Notes under the pieces: generated by a model
Databases searched by the model: none
Seen by the model: only the letters and a program-made list of their open reading frames with translations
What the model was told of the DNA's origin: nothing
Shown here: positions 32,761 to 42,846 of the stretch, piece after piece
How positions within the stretch are numbered: position 1 is the first letter of the stretch
How the letters are laid out: each line of letters begins with the position of its first letter
Origin: Candidatus Methanomethylicia archaeon
GTDB taxonomy: Archaea; Thermoproteota; Methanomethylicia; Culexarchaeales; Culexarchaeaceae
Length of the DNA stretch: 64,000 nucleotides
Reading direction: 5' to 3'
Assembly: GCA_038727515.1 (NCBI GenBank)
Contig: JAVYVS010000001.1
Span: forward strand, 224,001 to 288,000
Made by a program: the position numbers and the translations under genes

Positions 32761-33375
32761 ATGGATGTCAGTGTAGAAGAATATCTTGGAATGATTGAAA
32801 ACTTTATATCATACCTAGAAGCTGTAAGGAAAGAACTACCTGAAGACGCTCAAATTTGGGTTGAAGAATACTATAAGAAGCTTTCAGAGAGTTATGATAA
32901 AGCTAAGGAGACTGGAGATCCAAGGATAATTGCCATGTGTATGTCGATGATTAGAGAAATTATTGGGAAATTAGTTTATGAAACTATTACTGAAACCAGC
33001 CCACCAAAAAGATTTGCTGCCAATATCATGAGGAATTTAGGTTATGATGTTAAGTGGGTTAATGAGGAGGATATGGACTTACCTTTTGATTTAATAGCCT
33101 TTAAGGATGGTGGATTATACCTTATTAGTGTTAAATATTCTGAAGATGGTGAATCCAAAGGATTCTCAAATACTTGGACTGGAGAAATGAAATATTTCTG
33201 TAATAGGTTAAATGCTCAACCACTCGTACTATTGATATGTAGAGATAGTGAAGGTTTTGGAGCTGTATTCATGGTACCATTAATTGAAGATGTAACATTC
33301 CATGAAACTAGAGTTTTCGATATGGAGAAATTAAATGATAAAATGGATAGGTTAATGCAATTGTTAAAACCCTAA
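32761..33375 (+). CDS. Hypothetical protein with an Hjc-like PD-(D/E)xK domain
   Basis: LGYDV...PFDLIAFKDGGLYLISVK. Confidence 0.6.
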   Translation: MDVSVEEYLGMIENFISYLEAVRKELPEDAQIWVEEYYKKLSESYDKAKETGDPRIIAMCMSMIREIIGKLVYETITETSPPKRFAANIMRNLGYDVKWVNEEDMDLPFDLIAFKDGGLYLISVKYSEDGESKGFSNTWTGEMKYFCNRLNAQPLVLLICRDSEGFGAVFMVPLIEDVTFHETRVFDMEKLNDKMDRLMQLLKP

Positions 33376-33495
33376 ATACAAACTATTTTTTAATGTAAGT
33401 AGCCTATTACTGGGAGATAAAAATTCTTTATATACATTAATAACAATAACTAAATTATTGGTATTAATGAATATTGTTATGGTGGTGCTGAATTA

Positions 33496-34314
33496 TTGAG
33501 TGAAGAAGAAATTTCAAATATCTATCAAGTTTTAAGTAACCCCATTAGGAGGAAGATTATTGAGATTTTAGGTGCTCGTGGAAGTGCTGGTTTAAGAGAA
33601 CTTATGGATAATCTAGGTGTAAGTGCTGGAAGCGTATATTATAATATTGAGCTTCTAGGAGATTTAGTTAGGAGAGAGGGGGATAAAAGATTCATCTTAA
33701 CTGAGAAGGGTTGGATGGCTTATAGATTGTTAATGGATGGTAAAGAGAAATTTTCTGAAATGAAGTATTATTCTAGGAGATTTATATCCTTAAAAACTAG
33801 ATCTAGAATTTCAACAATACTATTTCCAAAATGGTTTTTCCTAGCTTTATTTGAAGATAAAATACTTAGAGTGGTAATACCAGTAATAACTTTAGTCTTC
33901 GGCTTTATAACTTGTTATAAAACTAATGTTGAACTTATACTATTTTCCACTTCTTACAAGCCTTTACAAGAACAGTGGATTACAGCTATTAAATTTCTAG
34001 CTTCTTGGGTAATCATATACTTCTCTTTAGAAGTATTATCATTAATTATTCATGGTAGAAGTGGTGGTAGAGGATTACTATTACTTGGATTAAGTATCTC
34101 AACACTTCCACTACTAGCAATACCATACATAATGATAGCCAACATAAACAATATAATCCAAGGAATAATAATACTAATACTACAGCTTGCATCATGCATA
34201 CTTCTATCTACCGCTATAAGTGCATCGAAAAACATAAACTTAGAAAGAGCTTTTCTAATGGCTGTATTAATAGTTTATTTGAATATTACTTTAAATGTTA
34301 TCTTTAGATTTTAA
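33496..34314 (+). CDS. ArsR-like winged-HTH protein fused to a multi-TM domain
   Basis: LSNPIRRKIIEIL...LTEKG, then about 5 TM segments. Confidence 0.8.
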   Translation: MSEEEISNIYQVLSNPIRRKIIEILGARGSAGLRELMDNLGVSAGSVYYNIELLGDLVRREGDKRFILTEKGWMAYRLLMDGKEKFSEMKYYSRRFISLKTRSRISTILFPKWFFLALFEDKILRVVIPVITLVFGFITCYKTNVELILFSTSYKPLQEQWITAIKFLASWVIIYFSLEVLSLIIHGRSGGRGLLLLGLSISTLPLLAIPYIMIANINNIIQGIIILILQLASCILLSTAISASKNINLERAFLMAVLIVYLNITLNVIFRF

Positions 34315-34805
34315 CTTTTACTAATGAGTTTTAATGCTAATTCAAGTATCATCCTACACTCTAATTCACCTATAACTTCCCCGTCACTTGAGACTATACC
34401 AATGACATCCACATTATATCTAACCATTTCCCTCATTGCATCTACTATCGTTGCATCTTCAGGTACAGTTACAAGTTTATCTGCAAAATCCATTGCACGC
34501 ACCCCTAAAGCCTCCCTAACTTCTACTTCTATTTCACCCATAAGGTCCTTTAATTCCCTTGTTTTGAGAAGTATCCATTTAAATAGTTTATATATGGATA
34601 TCATCCCAATGGGTTTCCCATCTTTAGCAACAAAGAACGTTTTTCTTCCAGGGGTGTATGATGCTATTTCAATGAGCTTCCATATTGGTGTTTCAGCATC
34701 AATAACATCTCTTATAGGCGTCATGTAATCTTTTGCAAATAACCCTTTTAAATCTTCAAGTAATATGGATATAACTCTCATACCCTCATTCATGTAGATA
34801 ACCAT
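34311..34805 (-). CDS. CBS domain pair protein
   Basis: AKDYMTP, GKPIGMIS, VTVPEDATIVDA. Confidence 0.85.
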   Translation of the reverse strand: MVIYMNEGMRVISILLEDLKGLFAKDYMTPIRDVIDAETPIWKLIEIASYTPGRKTFFVAKDGKPIGMISIYKLFKWILLKTRELKDLMGEIEVEVREALGVRAMDFADKLVTVPEDATIVDAMREMVRYNVDVIGIVSSDGEVIGELECRMILELALKLISKS

Positions 34806-34849
34806 TAATACTTATATTTGACCATGTATATAAAGCCTTATGGATTCAG

Positions 34850-36256
34850 ATGATTGTGGGTAGGCAGAGTAGGGTGAATTCAAAGTTTAGAGCTTTACTC
34901 TTCTCTCCAATAATTACATTGACATTTGGTTATATTCTCGGTTTTGATGTGAAACAAATAATTGCTTTATCTGCCTTTGTAATAACTGTTTTAGGCGCAT
35001 TCCTATATTGGCAGTATAAATTGGTGATAGCATTTGTTAGTGTTGTTATCCTATTTGTAATGGGGGTTATTGATGTTGAAACCTTCATAAAATCTGCTGA
35101 ATTCAATATAATACTATTTCTTGTGGCTATTAGCATTCTTGTGGCACCACTTAAACGTGTAGGCTTCTTTAGATGGTTTTCAACTATGATTCTAAGTATG
35201 TGTAAATTTAATTTTAAGTGGTTTCTTCTCCCAATGTCCTTTGCCGCTATGTTTTTTGCATGTTTAATGGATGAAGTATCTTCAATAATATTCATGTCTA
35301 CAATAATGCTTGAAGTTGCACAATACTTTGAATTTAACCCTACCCTCTCCCTACTACTAATAATAATGTCTACAAATATTGGTAGTAGTGGTACAGCCCT
35401 TGGAAATCCTGTTGGTTTAATAATTGCCTTTGAAGCTGGATTAAAATTCAGTGAATTTTTAAGGTGGAGTATGCCCATAGGAATATTAAGTGTAGCTATA
35501 CTATACTGGTATTTTACTCGAAAGAGAGTAGACTATATTTCCAGTGTTCAATCATCTATAGATAAAGTTATTAGTGAACGTGGCGTAGTTTTAGATCTTG
35601 CTTCACTTATTGGTGATTTTAAAAAGTTTCTCATGGCTACAATAATATTCATATTTACAGTGATTGGTGTTGCTTCACATGGATATTGGGAGCATATTTT
35701 AGGTTTAGAGGATGGCACTATGCTTTTAGGCTTCGGCTTCCTTGGAGCTGCTGCTGCACTCATCATGTATCGTGAAGAAGCCAAAGAAATCGTAGAAGGT
35801 GAAGTGGATTGGTGGAGCTTACTATTCATAGCTTTCATACTTGGTGAAGCTGGAGCATTAAAATATACTGGTGTAACTGTGAAACTTGCAAGTATGATAA
35901 TGAATTTAACTGGTGGAAGCGAAATACTACTATTCACATTAGTCTCCCTATTTACTTTCTCACTTTCACCATTCATAGACAATATATCTATAGTGGCAAC
36001 TTTAACTCCAATAGTCTTATCACTTAAAACTTATATAAACGTCTACCCAGTTTGGTGGATTATGTTGATCTCAGCATGCTATGCCGGTAATATAACACCC
36101 TTAGGTGCCGCTGCAAACATTATAGCTTTAGGACAATTAAACTCTATGGGTATGAATGTTGAATTGAAGGAATGGATTAGGGAATGTACAATACCAACCA
36201 TTATAGTATATGGTACTGGATTCATCCTGCTACTAACCCAATTCTTCCTCCTTTAA
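34850..36256 (+). CDS. ArsB/NhaD (SLC13-like, IT superfamily) permease
   Basis: DEVSSI, TNIGSSGTALGNP, VDWWSLLF, GNITPLGAAAN. Confidence 0.88.
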   Translation: MIVGRQSRVNSKFRALLFSPIITLTFGYILGFDVKQIIALSAFVITVLGAFLYWQYKLVIAFVSVVILFVMGVIDVETFIKSAEFNIILFLVAISILVAPLKRVGFFRWFSTMILSMCKFNFKWFLLPMSFAAMFFACLMDEVSSIIFMSTIMLEVAQYFEFNPTLSLLLIIMSTNIGSSGTALGNPVGLIIAFEAGLKFSEFLRWSMPIGILSVAILYWYFTRKRVDYISSVQSSIDKVISERGVVLDLASLIGDFKKFLMATIIFIFTVIGVASHGYWEHILGLEDGTMLLGFGFLGAAAALIMYREEAKEIVEGEVDWWSLLFIAFILGEAGALKYTGVTVKLASMIMNLTGGSEILLFTLVSLFTFSLSPFIDNISIVATLTPIVLSLKTYINVYPVWWIMLISACYAGNITPLGAAANIIALGQLNSMGMNVELKEWIRECTIPTIIVYGTGFILLLTQFFLL

Positions 36257-37090
36257 CTTCCAAATCCTCCTACCATCAACTTCCTCTTCATATACTAAAC
36301 CCTTATTCCTTAAACAATTTAATGTTGCAACTACTTGAGGTATTTTCCAACCTGTTCTCTCAGCCATTTCACTCACACTAACACCATTCTTTACTTTCTT
36401 CAATTCTTTAATGATAATTTCACATCTTATCCTACGAATCCAAGATTTAGATATTTGATACCTCTTCATGGCTATTGATATTTGTTGTGGATTTACAGCA
36501 TATATAGCCTTTCCACTTCCAGCAATTCTAGATACAACCATTATTTTTCCCGAACTTTTTAGCTTCGATATACACCATCTTATAGTTCTATGTGGATATA
36601 CACCCTTTAAAGCATCCAAAATTTCTTCTGCTGTTAAAGGAGTATTCCTCAACATATCAAGTATCCTTTCTTCACATTCCGAAACTACTCTTCTCGGAGT
36701 TCTACGTTCAGCTACATCCGTCTTAGAATTTAATTCTACACTTACACCTTCACCCATCACTATTTTAGGTATATTCTCCATCCCCCCTTCATCCACTATT
36801 ACAATCCCATTTAAAGCTGATAATTGAAGGATTTTCAATGGAATTTTAAAGCCTCCAACAACCAGTATACATGTGTAACCATTCTTAACAGTTAAATCTT
36901 GACATGCTGCGAATTTCTCCCATAAATCCCCTATTTCCTCACAACATAAGATTACCGTATTATATTCTTGTATATAGAAATCCACATTCCATTCCAACCC
37001 CCCTCTCAAAACAACCTTTTCCTTGAAGTTTAAATTATGATTTTTCAGAATCCTTTTAACCCTAGTTCTAACTCTACTCCTTATTTTCAC
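36233..37090 (-). CDS. Hypothetical protein: degenerate restriction-endonuclease-like N-terminus plus two winged-helix domains
   Basis: NVDFYI...VILCC; PLTAEEIL...ISKLKSSGKI; GVSVSEMAERTG...LRNKGLV. Confidence 0.6.
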   Translation of the reverse strand: MKIRSRVRTRVKRILKNHNLNFKEKVVLRGGLEWNVDFYIQEYNTVILCCEEIGDLWEKFAACQDLTVKNGYTCILVVGGFKIPLKILQLSALNGIVIVDEGGMENIPKIVMGEGVSVELNSKTDVAERRTPRRVVSECEERILDMLRNTPLTAEEILDALKGVYPHRTIRWCISKLKSSGKIMVVSRIAGSGKAIYAVNPQQISIAMKRYQISKSWIRRIRCEIIIKELKKVKNGVSVSEMAERTGWKIPQVVATLNCLRNKGLVYEEEVDGRRIWKLKEEELG

Positions 37091-37831
37091 GTATACGTGT
37101 ATTATGAAATTAGTAAATAACTTTTTCCATTAAATACAAAAAACTTATGATACATCACAAATAATAAATGATAGTTGTAAACTAGATACATTGTTCAAAT
37201 CCCATGATAAACACATAACTGTAGAATTCAATGGGTCTTTCCACTGTTTTTCAACAAAAATCAGATTTTTAATTATAAATTAAACTTTAGAAATCCAAAT
37301 ACTCAAATTTGAAATTTTCGTTAAAATTTTATTTAGTACATTAGAAATTAAACTATAAATATCGTAATTTACTCGTTTCTTATTAGAATCCGATTGGATT
37401 CATAAATCCTAGTTTAATTCCCAACATAGAATAATTTATCAAATTGAACCAACTCTATTTAAAGATCTTCAAAGAAGTTATTATTTGAAATGTTAATGTT
37501 CAAATCTTATTATTCACAAAACTAACCTTTAGTAAAACTATTAACTTATAATTCCCCCTATGAAATTCTTATTGATTGAATACTAAAACGTAAGAATAAA
37601 GGGGTTGAAAATTTATGTTCTTAGTATTATTTCTCATGTTGACAGTTGGTAATTAGCGTTTAAGTCTGTAGTTTTGATGTAACATATATTTATTGAAGCG
37701 TCTTCTACACAAGCCTCCATGAAATAGCTTTTCTTGAGCATTAAATTGGTGTCTATGGGAACTTTCAATGTTACTAGAAGTTTAGCTTATGGCTGAATGA
37801 CCCAAATGAAAACCGACAAAAGACCCCTTAA

Positions 37832-37889
37832 ATCAGTATACTGATAAAAGTGTTTGGTAAAGGATATATATCTATGGTTTATAGATGTA
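37832..37889. promoter_or_regulatory. Palindromes upstream of the resolvase (candidate res site or operator)
   Basis: Perfect 14-bp ATCAGTATACTGAT (37832-37845) and TATATCTAT-n5-ATAGATGTA (37867-37889). Confidence 0.4.
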
Positions 37890-37903
37890 AGTGTAGTGGT
37901 TTT

Positions 37904-38542
37904 ATGTCTGTGGGTATTGCTTATGTTAGGGTTAGTAGAGTTGAGCTTGATGAAGAGAATCAAATTAACGCTATAAATCATTTTGCAGCTTCTAGAGGGA
38001 TTAAATTGGTGAAGATATATGTGGATAAGGGGGTTACAGGAGTTAAGAGTTTTAAGAATCGTGAAGCAGCTAATCAACTACTGGAGGAATTACCAGTTAC
38101 AAAACCAGAGGTTTTATTGGTTTTTGCAATAGACCGTATTGGGAGGGATATGAGGGATACCTTAAACACAATATTGGAATTGGAGGAAATGGGGATAAAG
38201 GTGATAAGTGTAAAGGAAGAGTGGCTTCAAACCCTAGATCAAAACATCCGTAAACTTGTGTTGAGCATTTTGAGTTGGGTTGCAGAATTTGAACGTAGAA
38301 GGCTTAGGGAGAGGCAGATGGCGGCTTGGGAGGCTGGAAAACAGAAGGGGCGTCCCCAAAAAAACTTACCCTACAAGGAAATTTTGAAGAGGCTTGAGGC
38401 TGGATGGAGTAAAAAGGCTGTTTGGAGGTGGCTTATAACTGATAGAAAGATAAATATAAGTTACGACCACTACTTGAGAAAGTTAAAGAAGTACATGGAG
38501 GAAAATAAGATAATTGAAAAGAGAATGTTGGTGAAGGAATAG
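37904..38542 (+). CDS. Serine recombinase, resolvase/invertase family
   Basis: AYVRVS catalytic Ser, DKGVTG, DRIGR, AEFERRRLRER, GRP, C-terminal HTH-like region. Confidence 0.93.
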   Translation: MSVGIAYVRVSRVELDEENQINAINHFAASRGIKLVKIYVDKGVTGVKSFKNREAANQLLEELPVTKPEVLLVFAIDRIGRDMRDTLNTILELEEMGIKVISVKEEWLQTLDQNIRKLVLSILSWVAEFERRRLRERQMAAWEAGKQKGRPQKNLPYKEILKRLEAGWSKKAVWRWLITDRKINISYDHYLRKLKKYMEENKIIEKRMLVKE

Positions 38543-38789
38543 GTAAATGCTATTTCGATAATTGTTTAGTGGATTAATTTGTTCATCTAATAAATATTGA
38601 AGTTGTGTGGAAACTGGAATTCAGAGAAATGAATTTAAAAATGTATCTAACTTATAATTCTAAATTATTTGTTTATAGGCTTCATAGTTTTGTTGGCATA
38701 AAGTAGTATTTGTGAATTTGTTAACACGTATTTATGAGATAAATTTAAAAATAAATTGTATATAGATGTTGGGTTAGAGGTTGTTGCTT

Positions 38790-39008
38790 ATGGAAAATGC
38801 TGAACTTGAGAGGTTTATCATTGAAACCATAGGTTCAACTGGTAGAGTTACTAAGCAATATTATGAACATGAAATAGAAGTTCTTGATCCTATAAACTTT
38901 CCATGGTATAGAATTATAGAGATTCTCACTAGCTTAGATTATGAGCTAAGCATCATTAGGAGAAATGATGTAATAGTGGTTAGATTTATAACGAAACCAA
39001 AATATTAA
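38790..39008 (+). CDS. Small hypothetical protein
   Basis: 72-aa ORF with a GAGG SD-like sequence, filling the gap between genes. Confidence 0.55.
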   Translation: MENAELERFIIETIGSTGRVTKQYYEHEIEVLDPINFPWYRIIEILTSLDYELSIIRRNDVIVVRFITKPKY

Positions 39009-39043
39009 ATTCATAAATAAATGTTGAATTATGTTTAGATTGT

Positions 39044-40417
39044 TTATACAAAGTATAGTGCTCTAAGATAAGTTATTGCTGATGCAATTAAAAGAGTTGG
39101 TATACTCACTATGCTGCCAACTTTTAACCATTCTTTAAAGGATACTTTATGGGTGCGCTCAACAATGCCTATAGCAATAATGTTTGCTGTACTCCCTATT
39201 GGTGTGAGATTTCCCATATATGTACCGGAATAAAGCATAGACCACCAATATGGTAAAACGTTTAAACCAGCTTTTTTAAATCCTTCTACAATAGGTATAA
39301 GTGTAGCTACTGCAAGCACATTATCCATAACAGCAGTTAAAAATCCACCAATATATGTGAAAAATAGGTAGAATTCAAAGTTCTTTAAACCAGTTTTCAA
39401 AAAGCCTTCTATTAAGATATCTATAATTCCAACATACTTTAAAGTTCCTACAGAAGCAAATAAAGCTATGAAGAATAGGAGTGTCCACCAATCTACACGT
39501 TCAACAACAATATTTTTAGCTTTTTCAGTTTCCATCAATAGAATTAATCCAGCCATGAATAGTGAAGTTACAATGAGCATAATACCCTTTTCTAAATGTA
39601 GTAGATGCTCTATTGGGCTATGCAATACTAAAATTAGTAGAGTTATTGCGAAAATTGCGAAATTAAGAGTTTGTTTTTCACGACTATTACTTTCACTTAA
39701 AGTTTCACTTTCTTCAAATTTTAGAGAGTTTAGGTATTCACGATAGTATCTCGAGCAAATAGCTATCGTCAACAGTAATGAGAGAATAGCTACTGGAGTC
39801 GACCAATATAAGAAATCAATGAAGGAGAAGTTTCCCCTCAAAGCTACCATAACGCCTATTGGATTACCCACAACCGTAGCACTACTACCTATATTAGTAG
39901 CGAAAACAGTCATTAACATTAATGGTATAGGGCTTAAGTTTGATGCTAACGCTACTCGTAAAACTATTGCTGTAATAAAGAGTATTGATGTTACTTCATC
40001 AACAATAGCTGCAAATAAAAACGAAGAAAACATTAATGTAAGATAGATCCTAGTAGGTTTACCTCTACTAAACCTGACCAAAACATTTAAGATATATTCA
40101 AAGAATCCATGTTCTTCAAGGTATCCTATTATTATCATCATGCCCACTAGGAAGATTACTACATCAAGTGAAGAAAACTCAATAAAATGCTCTACATCCA
40201 AACATCCAGTTGCAAAAAGAATTGCAAGTCCAATGAGGGCAAATGCCACTCTGAACTTCCAAAAAAGTAAAGTAGCAGCTGTCTTAGCTACAAAAATAGT
40301 TACAGCTACATTTTGAATAAAGCTTAAATTTATTAGGTAGCAGATTATTGAAAAGGCCAATGTGATAATTATAAATGATAAAGTCTTAAACATTTCAATG
40401 TTTTTCACTAATTTCAT
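39044..40417 (-). CDS. ArsB/NhaD (SLC13-like) permease, paralogue of 34850..36256
   Basis: DEVTSI, TNIGSSATVVGNP, VDWWTLLF, GNLTPIGSTAN. Confidence 0.88.
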   Translation of the reverse strand: MKLVKNIEMFKTLSFIIITLAFSIICYLINLSFIQNVAVTIFVAKTAATLLFWKFRVAFALIGLAILFATGCLDVEHFIEFSSLDVVIFLVGMMIIIGYLEEHGFFEYILNVLVRFSRGKPTRIYLTLMFSSFLFAAIVDEVTSILFITAIVLRVALASNLSPIPLMLMTVFATNIGSSATVVGNPIGVMVALRGNFSFIDFLYWSTPVAILSLLLTIAICSRYYREYLNSLKFEESETLSESNSREKQTLNFAIFAITLLILVLHSPIEHLLHLEKGIMLIVTSLFMAGLILLMETEKAKNIVVERVDWWTLLFFIALFASVGTLKYVGIIDILIEGFLKTGLKNFEFYLFFTYIGGFLTAVMDNVLAVATLIPIVEGFKKAGLNVLPYWWSMLYSGTYMGNLTPIGSTANIIAIGIVERTHKVSFKEWLKVGSIVSIPTLLIASAITYLRALYFV

Positions 40418-40581
40418 TGATTACACCCCCAAATCAAGTCCTTTATATTGGCTAAACCCTTTTAGCAATGCCCATATAAATATGTTTCTCAATAGGGTTA
40501 TGCAACCCTTTAATCAACTATCCATTTCATACTACAATTTTCATTTATTCCTTAACAATTTAAATGCTGAAAGGGGTAAAG

Positions 40582-41604
40582 TTAAAGTTTGACGGATAGT
40601 TTCAAACTCGTTTTAGCTGTTAACACTGATATTATTAATTGATATATGATTAATGTTACCACTATATCAATATGCTCTCCAAAGGTTAGTATTAGAATTG
40701 ATGGGAAAACCACTGATAACGTTAATAGTAGCGTTAATGCTATGGTTATATGAAATATTTCACGTACGATGTTTTTCACTGTTTTCACACATTCCTTTTG
40801 TGATAGAATCCAGTGATAAAATGCCACAATAACTCCTCCTACACAATTACCAATAGTTACTGGAAGGAGATTTGAATTCATGAAGTTTTTCCATTCTTCT
40901 ACTCCACCACCATTCAATATTATTGAAGCTGGAATTACCCACATATTGGCTATGGAGTGTTCAAATCCTATGGTTACAAAAGCAAATATTGGAAACCATA
41001 TTCCAAGAATCTTCCCAGAGGTATCTGATGCTCTTGCTGAAAGCCATATGGCTACGTTTACCAGTATATTGCATCCCAACCCTCTAAGTAATGCTTCTTG
41101 AAACGTTAAATTGAGTTTTGATTTTGAAATTAGATTTATACACTGCATAACATTTGAATTTGAAATTAATCCAGTGGCATAGGATAATAATTGTACTGCT
41201 ATTATTGAGCCTAGAAAATTACCATTATAACTCAAAATCCAATTATATATTAACTCCCTAAAACTTATTTTACCAAGTAGTTTTGGATATAAAATCAATT
41301 GAACATTTCCAGTCCACAATTCTGCTCCACCTATAACCACCATGATCAACCCTAAGGGGAAAACCGCCCCTAAAACCATTCTAAATATTGAGAAACTAGT
41401 ATTGGGATTAAAACTTGAAGCACATGTAACCGATAAAAGAAATCCAAGTGATATATAGATTCCAGCCATAATTGAAGCTATGAAAAGAGCTAAAAAATTC
41501 ATTCTAGCTTTTACAACCCCAGATTCCGCCAAAGACTCCACACTTTTACCAACATTATACGGTGCATTATAAGTTGACTCCACACTCCTCACCACATTAA
41601 CCAA
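40582..41604 (-). CDS. Formate/nitrite transporter (FNT) family channel with C-terminal extension
   Basis: FPLGL, GAELWTGN, GNFLG, CNILVN, GFEHSIANM, VTIGNCVGG. Confidence 0.92.
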   Translation of the reverse strand: MVNVVRSVESTYNAPYNVGKSVESLAESGVVKARMNFLALFIASIMAGIYISLGFLLSVTCASSFNPNTSFSIFRMVLGAVFPLGLIMVVIGGAELWTGNVQLILYPKLLGKISFRELIYNWILSYNGNFLGSIIAVQLLSYATGLISNSNVMQCINLISKSKLNLTFQEALLRGLGCNILVNVAIWLSARASDTSGKILGIWFPIFAFVTIGFEHSIANMWVIPASIILNGGGVEEWKNFMNSNLLPVTIGNCVGGVIVAFYHWILSQKECVKTVKNIVREIFHITIALTLLLTLSVVFPSILILTFGEHIDIVVTLIIYQLIISVLTAKTSLKLSVKL

Positions 41605-41705
41605 TCAAAACACGTTTAACCTTTACTATTAATATGCATTTCCAATTTAATTGTAAAGTTAATGATCACATTAACAATTGATTTATGGGAAGTGATTGTG
41701 AAAAT

Positions 41706-42350
41706 TTAATTTCCACCTTTCACTTCCCTTTGATACTCAAAATACGAGTAGATGGTTGTGTAAATTGCAGTAAATATTACAGGAGCCAGTATTAAGATTA
41801 ATGCATATTCTTGAATTAAAGCTCCCAACATGGCAATTACCCCAGAAGCCTTAAAAAGTTTTCCACCAAGCCTATGGGTCTTCTCCCAAACTCTATCACT
41901 ACTCAACGTCCAAGGCGTCCTTATACCAATAAACCAATTCCTCCTACAATTATCACATAAAAACCCAATATACAAGAATAACAATCCAATACCTATCGGA
42001 AGAGTAACTGTTAGATTCACCTTCACCCCAATATTCCATAAAATAACTTGCACATAAACCAAGAGGAAAAACAAAGAGAAAAGTAGGACAAACCCATCAT
42101 AATACCTTTTAAACAATTCAATATTCTTCTTCAAAGGATCTATTCTTGGAATAACTATAAAAAGCAAAACAATACCAGCAAAGATAAGGGGAAAGAGGAA
42201 CAACCCCCAAAACTTTGAGAGATAACCATCAACCTCACCCTTAACATTCCAGTGAACTGCAACCTTCTCCGGCATAAAAGGATATAGACAAACACCAATA
42301 CCAAAAGACAATAAAACCAATACAAGAATCAACACTTCACTTCTACTCAT
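41706..42350 (-). CDS. SdpI/DUF1648 family membrane protein
   Basis: PEKVAVHWNVKGEVDG, NWFIGIRTPWTLSSDRVWEKTHR. Confidence 0.92.
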   Translation of the reverse strand: MSRSEVLILVLVLLSFGIGVCLYPFMPEKVAVHWNVKGEVDGYLSKFWGLFLFPLIFAGIVLLFIVIPRIDPLKKNIELFKRYYDGFVLLFSLFFLLVYVQVILWNIGVKVNLTVTLPIGIGLLFLYIGFLCDNCRRNWFIGIRTPWTLSSDRVWEKTHRLGGKLFKASGVIAMLGALIQEYALILILAPVIFTAIYTTIYSYFEYQREVKGGN

Positions 42351-42846
42351 CCCACAAACCCCTCAAAACATTCACATAAACCCATATAAACATTTTCAAC
42401 ACCCAGAAAATCAACTACCTCATATGAAAATCACACAAATACTAAATTCTAAATTGATTCAACACTTGATATGTAAGCTTTTTACATATAAGTGTACCAT
42501 TAAAAAGTGAAAATGTGTTATGTGAACTTTATCTTACTACTTGGCATCATCCACTATCATCAAATCAAAGTTTAAATCCAAACATTAAATCTTCAGTTTA
42601 AGGAAACTCTAAACCGAGAATGTTCACGATATTCTTCGTATTAAACACTCTTAAAAATTAGAGAGAACTAATACATCAATCAAGTGGAAATGTAAAAATT
42701 GTAAATTCAAAGAAAAATACAAAATTAAATCATAAAGTTATTCTTCCCTATTTAAAAAAGAAGTGAAAACTCAAAAAGTTCAATAAATAAAAATATTTAT
42801 AAATTATATGGAACAAGTTATAATAGTACATAGCCGAGGATGCAGC

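Noticed and set aside
37100-37830. Chromosomal replication origin
   Set aside because: Only one partial ORB-like match (CAGTGGAAA on the minus strand near 37240), no repeated ORBs and no cdc6/orc1 nearby.
37904-38542. IS607 element
   Set aside because: The catalytic domain is N-terminal with no leading HTH, and no tnpB follows.
34850-40417. Shufflon-type inversion between the two inverted permease paralogues
   Set aside because: Even the best-conserved motif differs at many DNA positions; I found no identical crossover repeats within the genes.
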